The translations under genes were made by a program, and so were the position numbers. Positions 52,910 through 64,000 of a stretch of DNA of 64,000 nucleotides are shown here, piece after piece. Position 1 is the first letter of the stretch, and every line of letters starts with the position of its first letter. Source of the stretch: Octopus sinensis (lineage: Eukaryota); assembly GCF_006345805.1 (NCBI RefSeq), contig NC_043001.1:57412001-57476000 (forward strand), in the 5' to 3' direction. The notes beneath the pieces were generated by a model. The model saw only the letters and a list, made by a program, of their open reading frames with translations. It was not told where the DNA came from and did no database searches.

Positions 52910-53220
52910 CTCTATTGAAATAATTTCCATTCTTTACAGGTGAAAGTTTCTTCCTGGTGAATTCTTCCATCCTCTTCGGATTTCATAATTTGTCCAATTG
53001 ATGAATTTTGAAGAGACAGCAATAAGCGGAAATCTGAAGTAGCAAGGTCGATTGAATAAAGAAGGTGCAGTAAAACTTCCCAGATTGATGAGCGTGTCTG
53101 TGGGAAGAAGCTTGCAACACTCTTCCAACTCACCTAATTGAAAGCTTAAGTCCTGTTTTGGAGATTGTTTGGAATGATTCATCGCGCATCTCTCATGATC
53201 TTTTGTAATTCACATAGTTA
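52910..53220 (-). mobile_element. Mariner transposase C-terminal fragment (related + strand piece at ~52255-52350)
   Basis: IWEVLLHLLYSIDLATSDFRLLLSLQNS..KSEED is a decayed YSPDLAPSD motif; the + strand piece reads LNDRSE..SEDDAK. Confidence 0.7.
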
Positions 53221-54572
53221 TAGATGATACAATTTTGTATTTCATGACTACATTTTCTTAAAAAAAAAACGATCGTTAGATTTCGAAATCTTTTGGGCGA
53301 AGCTCGCTTCCTTCAATCAACTTGAAAACCACTTCTGACACACACATTCTATAAAATCTCCGAACAGAGCGCTTATCTTTTTGCATGTTTCCGCCGCTTT
53401 CTTAAGTTTTTAAACAACAAAAGCTTGAGTTATCTATAATGCGACCCAAGCATCAACCCTGATGACTTAAACCAGTTGATGCAAATGGTCTTTAACAAAT
53501 GGTCTTTAATTTGGTTAATTGAAATATATCTGATTACCCTGATACTATAATGGGGGTTGGTGTAACTAACGTCTTGATTTGCTTGCTTGGCTGGCCAGTT
53601 TCGTGCATCTTGGATCGAAGAATCAACTTGAAAACAGCTTCGGGGACACACATTCTACAAAAGCATTTTCGCCGTACGGAGCACATATCTTTCTGCATGG
53701 TTCCGCCGTTTTCTTACGCTTTTAAAAGGAAAAACGCTTGGGGTGTTTATAATGTTCGGTTTGATTCTTTATTTTCATGGGTATGCCAAGCAGACAAGTT
53801 ACAACCTGTCTCAGCGCCAGTTCACATCGAGCTACGTTGAAATGTAAAGTATCTAAATGGCTGCGCATGCACAAGGGACATACTGGACTAAAGGTAGCTG
53901 CTTATTAGAATGCTTCAAGTTGGTCAACCCAATATGTTTATGTCTCTTGGTGTTGCCCATCTTGCGCTCAGCTATTTCTCTGAGAACCTTATTTAATTTC
54001 AATATGGATTGATCACACATCTTTAACTTCCTTTTCTTTAATATCATTATTTTTTTCAGCTTTGGTTTTTCTTTATTTTCATTTGGTCAACAATCCCACC
54101 CGTTATACACAATATTTCCAAGTCTGCTGACAGTTTGACTCAATAAAAAAGTTTCTGATATTTTTCTTTTCCAGAGGTTTCCACCCTTTAGTTGATTGCT
54201 TATTTATTCATGTTTTTGGCAGGTACCGTGAAGGCGCGTGGTTTAGTGGTATTTGGCTGACAATCGTAAGTTCGTCAGTTCCTTTTTAACAGAAGAGCCA
54301 GTCAATTTTTGAGATGGGTGGAAATGGGGACAAACTAACTGCAAACCGAAAGAGGAAGCATTGGAAAAGTCAAGGTAGAGAATACATTTCCAGAGAAGAA
54401 GCTCGTAGTGACGATGAAGAAACTGTGTTTTCTGGAAATGTGAACAACATCAAGTACATAAAGTTTGAATGATTATGGCGAGTTTACGTAGGTAAGAAAG
54501 GTAAGTAATGGATCTTATGTGAGGAATTCTGGTGCCCAAAATGTCAGCCTAAATAAATTGATCCTAATAATT

Positions 54573-54745
54573 TTACTTGTTTCAGTCAACTGGCTGCAGA
54601 GCACCGCCTTTAGTCGAAGAAATCGATCCCAGAACTTATTCTTCGTAAGCCTAGTGCTTATATATCGATCTCTTTGGCTGTGTAGCTAGATACGGGGACG
54701 TAAACATCGGTCATCAAGCAATTATGGGGGACAAACACAGACACA

Positions 54746-54798
<53 letters not shown>

Positions 54799-54985
54799 GC
54801 GGACACATTTATATACGTGACAGGTTTCTTTCAGATTCCGTTTACCAAATCCACTCACAAGGCTTTGGAAGGCCCTAGGCTATAGCAGGAGACGCTTGCC
54901 CAAGGAGCCATGCACTGTAACTGAAACCAGAACCATGTGGTTGGTAAGCAAGCTTTTTACCATACAGACACGCCTGCACCTATAC
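54573..54985 (-). mobile_element. SINE family B, near full length with internal (CA)n
   Basis: Reverse-complement head AGGTGCAGGCGTGTCTGTATGGTAAAAAGCTTGCTTACCAACCACATGGTTCTGGTTTCAG; CORE-like CCTTGGGCAAG; internal (TG)n at 54745-54797; tail CTGAAACAAGTAAAA. Confidence 0.88.
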
Positions 54986-56089
54986 AAGCCACGCCTGCTA
55001 CTATGACATTTGTTTGTCGAAATTGCACAGAATAAATATTGCATGTTGAGTTTTTAGATTTAGTCATGTTTCATTCATTTCATATCATCTGCCACACCAT
55101 GACTCAGATATTTGTGATGTTTTAATTTGACTCAGATATTATAATTTTTTCTTCCATTTCTGATGTTTCTGTGGAATAAGAATGGATATTGGCGTGCATC
55201 AGCCACTTTTCATGTGTAATTCTGGATTATTTGAAGACGCAAATTTACTTTATATTTTCTTACTCATTTTGCCCCAGTTAAATTTGTTTCCCATATACTG
55301 AAAGAGAACGGAGATAATTTTCAGAAATAGTGTTCTGAAAATGTTATAGAGATTCCAATTGTTCTAGAGAAGGTCATTTGCTTAGCTGATATATTTTTTT
55401 TTAAGGTACATGAACATTTGCGAAAAATAATGCTTTTTTGAAATTCAAGAATGCAGTAACTATTACTTATTGTGCCCCACCGACATCTTACATTTCAATT
55501 TATGAATGCAAAGTACATAATGTATAATGCAGTTCAGTGTACACATACAGACACACGTACATCATGTATAATATCGTGCACACATAAGCTGTTTTTGATA
55601 ATATATATTTATACAGATCACATTAGCTATACACATATATAGTTATTTCGACAATATATTTTGAATAATATTTCTGGTTTTGAATGAAATAGAAAAATAA
55701 GAAAAGATATACAAAAGATGCTACAATGAAATGATAAGAATAATAATGCAAACGCATTGTATCCAGCATCTTATTTGCTTAATTTCATCTATTCCTGTTG
55801 CCAAATGCATTTTTCTCACCGTAATTCTTCTAATCTTATTTCATATTCTTTACTCTTCTAATGAATCTTGAAATTTCAGAATATCATCAACATCAACTCT
55901 TTCCTGCTTTTTCATTTTAAGTTTTTGTTCATGTATATATTTTTAAAGAAAATACGAAAAACAACAAAGATTATAAAAATGCATTTTCCATATATTCAAT
56001 CTACCAGAGATTTTTATAAAGAAATCATTTGTTTCTCCTCTCTCCCTCTCTTATTTATGCATATATACATGTATACAAAATATATGTAT

Positions 56090-56280
<191 letters not shown>

Positions 56281-57758
56281 ACACACACACATACAGAGTC
56301 AAAGAGAGAGATACATACATATATGCATAAATTTCAACTGTCATAATTTCTTCTTTCTGAAATACTTGTAAATTATATAATCTTACCTTAGCACGTGAAT
56401 GTTTCTGTACAAAAGTTCTGAGTGCTAAAACAAAATTTCAAACGATCAAAGAGTGGGCGTTCATATTATTTTTATGTAGATGAAGTGATTATGTTTATGT
56501 ATGTATGTATATATGTATACATGCATATGTGTATGTGAATATTTATGCAGGATGTTGTTGTTTTTTTTAAATTCTGTACAAATCCAAAGCGGTTACTAAC
56601 AAAAATATAATATATTTTTTCAAAAAATACTGGAGGTTTGTGAGAGTGTAAACTGCACGTGCCTGTCCTCGCATGAAGGACTTTCATAAATCTGTAGTAC
56701 AAGTGTAATTGCTGTTTATATATGTGCATATGCTGCATGCAGGCGTGTGGATGTGTGTACATATCGATTCCTCGGAACACAGTTTTTAACAAAATATATA
56801 TGTATTCCTAACATACTGAATCTGAAGTATGTGAACGAGTTTACGTCTTTTCGTTTTTTGAAAAGCCCCAGCAAATCAGTATATAGTAATCTTTTATCAC
56901 ATATTCCAGCGCATTTATTAAAATACCTATGATATTCTATAACCAAGTTGTTCATAATACATATCCACTTATTCTACTATTATAAGTGATATATTCACAG
57001 TTACTGGTCTTTACAACAGTGAAAGCTTAACTTGTCTTGTGTCATAGATAAATAAAGTTCATCGTGCTAGCATCTGGATTTCCTTTTTATTTGAATGCTA
57101 CTTTTAATGATGTAAATATATTGGAATAGAAGTTTTGCCTTTGTAAGATAGTCAGGTCCCCTTTTGACAAACAATTTATTGTGAAGATTACTTCGTAAAC
57201 CATTTGTTGATATTCACTGGCAAACTGGCAATAATGGTGTCACCTACCAGTCTACTATACTTTCTCCCAATATTTTGGAAATCCTCGAATATGCATGATC
57301 TCTAAACGTGCATACGTTTCTGCTGAATATGAAAGGTGTTCCTTCCAGAATTTTACGCTTAATTTAGTCAGAGCACCTCTATCGTAGACTCACTTGGGAT
57401 AGCTATTGAATCACAGTAGCTGTTTAAGTGGTCTCCAGTTACTTTCAATTTTTAATTATTCTATCTATTGCGAAAACGTGTCATGTGTTCATGTCTCTAA
57501 TTACACTTGAATGTGTTTTGTCTGAGAATTACCATGTCATAATTTCGTGTCCTTACGTTTAACAATACGACCCTATTTTCTTTCCGCTATTAATGTAGAA
57601 GCTCTTAGTTCCACATTGATCTGGAAGTAAACCAATAATATGAAATATTTTGCTAATCTTGTGCAATATTTACGCATTTTCTAAGTACTGAATGTAAGAC
57701 CGAAAAAAAAAAAAATAACTAAAGACCTACTACTGATAAGCATATACACTTGATCCGG

Positions 57759-57992
57759 CGAGCTGGCAGAGCTGGCAGAAACGTTAGCACGCCGGGCGAC
57801 CTGCGTAGCGGTATTTCGTCTGTCGTTACGTTCCGAGTTCAAATTTCGCCGAGGTCGACTTTGCCTTTCATCCTTTCGGGGTCGATAAATTAAGTACCAG
57901 ATACGCACTGGTGTCGATGAAATCGACTTAATCCCTTTGTCTGTCCTTGTTTGTCCCCTCTGTGTTTAGCCCCTTGTGGGTAGTAAAGAAAT
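57759..57992 (+). mobile_element. SINE family A, young copy with perfect 17-bp TSD
   Basis: ATATACACTTGATCCGG at 57742-57758 and 57993-58009. Near-consensus body; tail TGTGTTTAGCCCCTTGTGGGTAGTAAAGAAAT. Confidence 0.96.
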
Positions 57993-58895
57993 ATATACAC
58001 TTGATCCGGTTGAGATTAAAACAACAACCACGCCAAACTTGCCTATTAAAAGTGAAAACTGTGAAAATAAAATCTGTAAAAGATACATAAAGAATAGGAA
58101 GTCAATCGCTAGATAATTGTGTTCATAAAAGTAGTTACATGAATATGCGTTTGGACGTAAATCTGCTGAACAGAGGACGCTTTTTACTTGAAACCTGTAA
58201 TATATATTAGGTATATGTATCTATTAGCTATGTAGGTTTTATGCAATTTGAGAAAGAAAATTATCATCATTCTCAGGAAAATTTCAGTGAAAACAAAAGG
58301 GCCGAAACAACAAATCTTTGGTAGGAAATACACAGAGAACAGGAAGGCACAAAGTAGTATTTGAAACGCGGGCATCACAAATCGTATGACCCCACACTTC
58401 CGCTAAAACTCCTTAGTGAAATATAAGTTTTTCTGTTCCCCGATGTAGGGACGGTTGGTGCTCATTCTGTTGCAATATTGCCAATTGTCTGAATCAAAAA
58501 AATCGTGTCAAGTAATTTTATTGACTTCAGAGGAGGACGACAAGCAACGTTCTCTAGGCTTTTAGAGAAGCAATTGAAATTCAGTGACAAACTGATGATC
58601 GACACTCTGAATCATTCATCTAAATCATATATATTTGTTTGTTTATGTGTGCGTGTACGCATGTGTGTATGTGTATTTGTGTGTGTATGAGCGTGTGTAT
58701 GTGAGCACGCGCATGTGTTCATATGCAATCAAAACAACACATGTTTGTGTGGGTGCACGCTTGTTATTTGCTATGTAGATATGTATTTATGCACACGTGT
58801 ATATGTATATATGTATATGGGTACATTCTAGTGTGTACGTATTTCATATCTATTTGTACATACGCCTGCTATCTCTCTATCTACTTTAATGTATA

Positions 58896-59738
58896 CTAGC
58901 AGTATAACCCGGCCTTGCCCGGGATTAAGTTACGATTATTAAGCTAATCAAGTTCTTTATTTCAAACCAAACTGAGCAATATCGACTCTCAACAAAACAC
59001 ATTTTTACTCGGCGTAAAATAAAAACAAAATTCTTTCGCACTCAAAGTAATGTGTGTGAGAGAGAGAGAGGGGGGGAGAAATATGAACGATTTAAAATAA
59101 ATAACTGATTTAAAATAAATATATTGTAATTGTTGTGTGAGAAAGTATATATACTATGATTATAAAATATAGTGTCTTTCAAAATCCTGAATTTGAACAC
59201 TATATCTCGTGTTTAAGAAAAAACAAAACATTTTACATTTTATTTTTTATGAACATCGTCACTTACACTCTCCCTCTTTCACTTTGTCGTTCCCTCTTTT
59301 TGTTTAGACGACGTGAAACTCTCTTACACTTTTCTGTATCTTGTTTTTGTTTTGTTAGACGCCGTCAAAAAGCTATGCCTGAAAATAGATTTTTATGAAG
59401 GTCGTCACTTACTCTCTCTCTCTCTCCCTCTCTCACTTTGTCTTTCCCGTGAAACTCTCTGCGCCTCATCCACTTTTCTTTATCTTGTTTTTTTTGTTTT
59501 TGTTAGACGCCGTCAAAAAGCTATGGCTGCTACTTTTTATGCTAAAAGCTATGGCTGAAAATAGAATTTTACCGCTATCCGCGGATACCTCGGGTAAAAA
59601 ATAAGTTGGCAAAACCCAGATAGGGTGTTGACGAATGACCTCCTAAAATTTAAGCGACATGCGTGCTAATTTCTGGATGTGCATAAACTACAATCACATA
59701 CACACACACACACATCTTGCTTTATATATATATACAGA
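58896..59738 (-). mobile_element. Non-autonomous Helitron
   Basis: Minus strand starts A^TC (59738) and ends CCCGG-GCAAGG-CCGGG hairpin, 8 nt, CTAG^T (58896), the canonical Helitron termini at an AT target. (TG)n near the 5' end; internal duplicated GTTAGACGCCGTCAAAAAGCTATG blocks. Confidence 0.85.
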
Positions 59739-59817
59739 TGAGTATATATATGTATGTATGGGTGTATGTGCGCGTGCGTATGTACGTGCCTCGTGCGTGT
59801 GTGTGCATAAATACATA

Positions 59818-60048
59818 CACTCTTTACTCTTTTACTCTTTTACTTGTTTCATTCACTTGACACTGTCCATGCTGGAGCACCGCCTTTAGTCGGGCAAATC
59901 GAACCCAGGACTTATTCTTTGTAAGCCTAGTACTTATTCTATCTGTCTTTTTCGCCAGACTGCTAAGTTACGGAGACGTAAACACACCAGCATCGGTAGT
60001 CAAACGCTGTTGGGGAAAAACACAGACACGCAAACATATACACAATAT

Positions 60049-60123
<75 letters not shown>

Positions 60124-60257
60124 CGGCCTTCTTTCAGTTTCCGTCTACCAAACCCACTCACAAGGCTTTGGTCGGCTCGAGGCTATAATAAAAGACATTT
60201 GCCCAAGATGCCACGCAGTGGGACCTAACCCAGAACCATGCGCTTGGTAAGCAAGCT
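59818..60257 (-). mobile_element. SINE family B with internal (CA)n(TA)n; extreme 5' head apparently displaced to 62348-62385
   Basis: Tail (AAAAGAGT)n, body as in other B copies, CORE-like segment CATCTTGGGCAAATGTC. Breaks off at GTAAGCAAGCT. Confidence 0.88.
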
Positions 60258-60415
60258 ACGTTATTTTCATAAAATTTGTCATCATAGACAGTACACAGAG
60301 TGTGTAGCTTTACGGGCTGAACAAACACATGAATGAATGAAAATGAAATAGAATGAATAAATGAGAGACGAAACCCAACACCCGCCGATTGGATTTTTCT
60401 CGAAAACATATTTTC

Positions 60416-62240
60416 TTTTTTTTTTAAACAATATGAGGTTTCAAACCTCTTACAAGAAGGAGGCAGTAAAACCTCTTAATTAACATGTCTTTTTTTAAAC
60501 ACACAATTGAGGTTATAAACCACTACAAATAATACAATAAGATGAGGTGTCAAACCCTATAACGAGGGTCTTTCACCTCCTACTCTTCGATATATCCATC
60601 GATATATTCATCATTATATTCAATGCCGCTTGAGTTCCTATATACAGCCATTTCCCATGCCTCACTCATGTAGGACATGTATGTCGTGTAAGGGCCACCC
60701 GGCCATATGCGACAATCCTTCCCAAATCCTTTAAGCCTTTCCCACAAGAGAAACCTTATGACCTCAACAGCTATCTGCGTAGGCCATTCGGGATCCCGTG
60801 TGAAGGGCATATCTACTGTTTCTTTATGTTCTTCTACTATTTTTCCACCTCCCCTCCCTTATAGAAAAAGATAATTAATTGATCATCTTTAAGGGTGGGG
60901 GTGGTTTCTTCCACCGTGGGTGGCACAACTTCGGAACATGCAGACGGCACATCATCTCCCCGCTGAGATGACCCGTTCTGCTTCCTTCTTTATTTTCTTT
61001 TCTTCCTGACTTCGGGAGAGTCGAGCTCTTCCGCTTTGTCCGGAGACTCTCCCCCGCCTCCTGAAGCCTTAGGTTCCTTCGGCGGGCAACTATTGTTACC
61101 CGCCTTCTTCCTTTCTAATCCTTTTTGAGTTGAGGAGGCTGAAGCCTCCTCGACCACATCAACCTCTCCCTTTGACCGGGTAGGGGAGGTGGCAACTAGT
61201 GACTGTTCCAGGACCTTACCATGGTTCTGGGGGCAGTTCTTTTTAATGTGGCCTGGCTGCAGGCACGAGTGACACTTGGGGGGACGTCTCTCAAGTATCA
61301 CCGGATACCTGCAGCCAGCCATTTTCAAGAAATCTGGAAAAACCAGATCTGTTGCGGCCGATGGGGTCCACAGGGTCAAAATCGCTTTTGACTCTTCCCA
61401 ATCGACCGCCGGCAATACCCTTACATTTAAGAGCCTGGGCCCGCCATCCCCCAGTCTCCGTCGGATGGTATCTTCAATCCAATCCGCTTTGGTACCTAGG
61501 GGTAACCCACATACCAAGGCTCTTATTAATTTCCTCCCGCAATATTACGGGAGGAACAGAATTTCCTTGCCTTCTAAAGGCTGACTCGCAAGCTGGCGAG
61601 CCTTTTCCCCGTAGTCAGACAGCAACCATACGGTTGCATGTTTGACAACACGGGATATATATTTTATAGAGGACAAATAGTGTTTAAGTTAATTTTTTAT
61701 AACTTGTTTTGGGGAGATGGTGATGGAATTAAGAACTTTAGAAAAAATTCTAAGCACCACCGTCTTCTCCTCCATATCTTTTAACCACTACTTAGGCGGG
61801 TTAATTTCCCACTCTAAGACAGAGTTATTTTTAGGTTCCTTCTCTGCCATGTCAAAAAACAGTTCAAAAGTAGTTCAAAAGACAGTCTGCCAAAAATTTA
61901 AACCGAATAAAAATAAAACAGAATAAAAGAGGAGGAAAGGGAACTGAAATTAAAGTAATGAAAAGAATGAACCAAAATTTAGAAAGAAAAAAAAATAGGC
62001 GAAGGGAGTGGTAAAAGAAAAACCTCACAAATAGCACAGACAGGGAATCCTTTGTATAATACTCCAAAAAGGTAATCCAAATGGCATTTCTTGAAGTATT
62101 CCAGTTCGGAAAAAATTGTACTTTTTCTGGCGAGATACGCCCACTAGAATTTACAAAAAGAATTTTCAAGCAAAAATTCTCAATTCATCGTTACGGTGAT
62201 GAGAACCCAGCATTTTGCTCGCTATAGCAAGGCATAATTG
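60416..62240 (-). mobile_element. Tx1/L1-type ORF1-only retroposon with poly(A) tail (HAL1-like)
   Basis: Pyrimidine-rich 5' UTR, ATG at 61850 (MAEKEPKNNS), ORF1 with zinc knuckle, ~150-bp 3' UTR and A-tail (T run at ~60416-60425). No EN or RT motifs seen. Confidence 0.7.
60990..61517 (-). pseudogene. LINE ORF1-like protein, longest open segment (RRM-like region plus CX2CX4HX4C knuckle)
   Basis: LVCGLPLGTK..YPVILERRPPKCHSCLQPGHIKKNCPQ followed by a low-complexity basic tail. Upstream stops/frameshifts separate it from the ATG at 61850. Confidence 0.8.
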
Positions 62241-62749
62241 ACAATTTTTCTTTTTGTTCTTTTTTCTATTCTCGGAGCCCCAAAAAACTCACATCTTGTC
62301 ACTGTAACAGTCCAGACCAACTAGTGTTGCATTCTGGGTAGCCGGAAGTAAGCAAGCTTCTTACCACACAACCACTCCTACGTCGATATATATAAACATT
62401 TGAGTGTGTTTGTGTATCTGTATATAAGTAGAAATTCTCTCTTATTTATTTATTTATTTGTAAACGTACAATTATCTTCGACTTGTAGGATCGAAAGTCA
62501 TTCGTCTGTTGTATATGCATCATTCTAGCTTTCTTGTTTTCATTCTTCTATACATACGTTTGCTTTTTTCAGAAGCTTAATGCTTTTAGCTTAAGGCAGG
62601 ATTCGAGCGATCTCAGGGATAAATAAGTGCGAAACCGCAAGGACATTCCGCACTTTGACTGATGAGGAAATCGGCTGCGAATGGTCCGTGAATCTTGATT
62701 TTGTCCAGTTTCCCGTTTGTCAACGTATAGTCTTTTTTTCCGTATATGT

Positions 62750-62847
62750 GCATATATATGTGCCTGTGTATATATATTTATATACATCTATATACATATA
62801 CTTACATACATATATATATATGTATATATGTAGGTATATATATATAC

Positions 62848-62894
<47 letters not shown>

Positions 62895-63000
62895 CACATA
62901 TACATAGATTCTCACGCTCATACACACACACATGTACAGAGCTAGCGCTTCTAATCATTTGCATTTATATATGTACATATATATATATATATATATATAT
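62750..63000. repeat. (TA)n/(CA)n microsatellite region
   Basis: Direct inspection. Confidence 0.93.
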
Positions 63001-63086
63001 GTAGGTCCCGGGTTGATTCGGGGTTAACCACAGTAAATAAGGTACTCAATACATAGCAGAGTAAAATTAATTTATTATATAGAAGG

Positions 63087-63137
63087 AGCTTCTACAGGAC
63101 TAGAACTGTTTCATTCAAGAGAAATCTTCAGGAAGCT
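63087..63137 (-). ncRNA. Type I minimal hammerhead ribozyme motif, probably in a Penelope-like terminal repeat (~63001-63270)
   Basis: Reverse complement AGCUUC-CUGAAGA-U-UUC(UCUU)GAA-U-GAA-ACAG(UUCUAGUC)CUGU-A-GAAGCU. Helix I 6 bp, CUGANGA core, short helix II, GAAA, helix III 4 bp, GUA cleavage triplet. Confidence 0.8.
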
Positions 63138-63359
63138 AGTTAACAAGAATTGTATTGGCATTTATACATTTAGGCAGGTTTAAAGGGGTGGTGGTGGGGG
63201 ACTTTTTGGGGGTAGGCATAGCGCAAAATATCATACTTGGGGGAGTGGTCAAGGAGTCAGTGTTAAATTAGATAAAAGAATAAATAAAAAAATAAAAAAT
63301 ATATATATAAAATATATAAGAAAAGGAATAGAGTTTTAGGTAAATAAGGAGATTCTCAC

Positions 63360-63688
63360 TTATACCTATGCACATATGTATACATATATACACACACACA
63401 CATACAAACATATATACATATACATACACACATACATACACACACACACATATACATATATATATACACTTACACATACATATACATATCTACACATACA
63501 CATATATGTATACATACACACACTCACATGCATACACGTATACACAGAAAAATATATATACACATACACACACATACACACATACACGTATACACACACA
63601 TATCCACACACACACATGCACACACAGCACACTAGTCCCTATATACACATATATACACATACACACATATATATACACACACATACAT

Positions 63689-63719
<31 letters not shown>

Positions 63720-63780
63720 CATATGTGTACCTATACATACCTACACATACACACATATATATATACATACAAATACAGAC
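63360..63780. repeat. Compound (CA)/(TA)/(CATA) low-complexity array
   Basis: Direct inspection; source of the HT/YI ORFs. Confidence 0.95.
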
Positions 63781-64000
63781 CCATTCCCTAATTTTAATTT
63801 TATTATCTTCATTTATTACTTTTGTTATCTTTGACCGCTGGTCACAAACATCTTGGCTATGACAGCCAGTCCATTTATCTGTCTACTTGAAAACAAGCAC
63901 TCATTCACTCACGCACACTCTTTAGCACGTACACTCACTCATTCGTACACTCATACACATACACGCACGCACGCGTTATATTCATACATACATACATCTA

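Noticed and set aside
62640-62700. CTGATGAG...CGAATGGTC, hammerhead-like
   Set aside because: GAAA is replaced by GAAU, and no helix I or III pairing could be built.

Overview
AT-rich animal genomic DNA made almost entirely of microsatellites and decayed transposable elements. The SINE families and the (TA)n/(AAT)n/(CA)n load point to a cephalopod, probably Octopus (inference, no database check). I could not identify a host gene, tRNA/rRNA gene, CRISPR array or prokaryotic feature with confidence; most track ORFs are translations of simple repeats. Recognisable elements are two tRNA-headed SINE families (A and B), four Dong/R4-type LINE 3' fragments, three Tx1/L1-type LINEs, an ORF1-only poly(A) retroposon, RTE LINEs, several Penelope-like remnants, a full-length IR/DR Tc1, mariner fragments, a MULE with a 9-bp TSD, a Chapaev3-like transposase remnant and a non-autonomous Helitron. 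The most interesting signals are: (1) a type I hammerhead ribozyme motif at 63087-63137 (-); (2) (AAT)n arrays occupied by Dong/R4 LINEs on one strand and Tx1 LINEs plus SINE A on the other; (3) SINE A sharing its 3' end with Tx1 and inserting as TSD-flanked dimers; (4) a ~550-bp non-coding element flanked by (AAT)n; (5) endonuclease-less and ORF1-only Tx1 derivatives. All alignments and translations were done by eye, so the boundaries of old elements are approximate.
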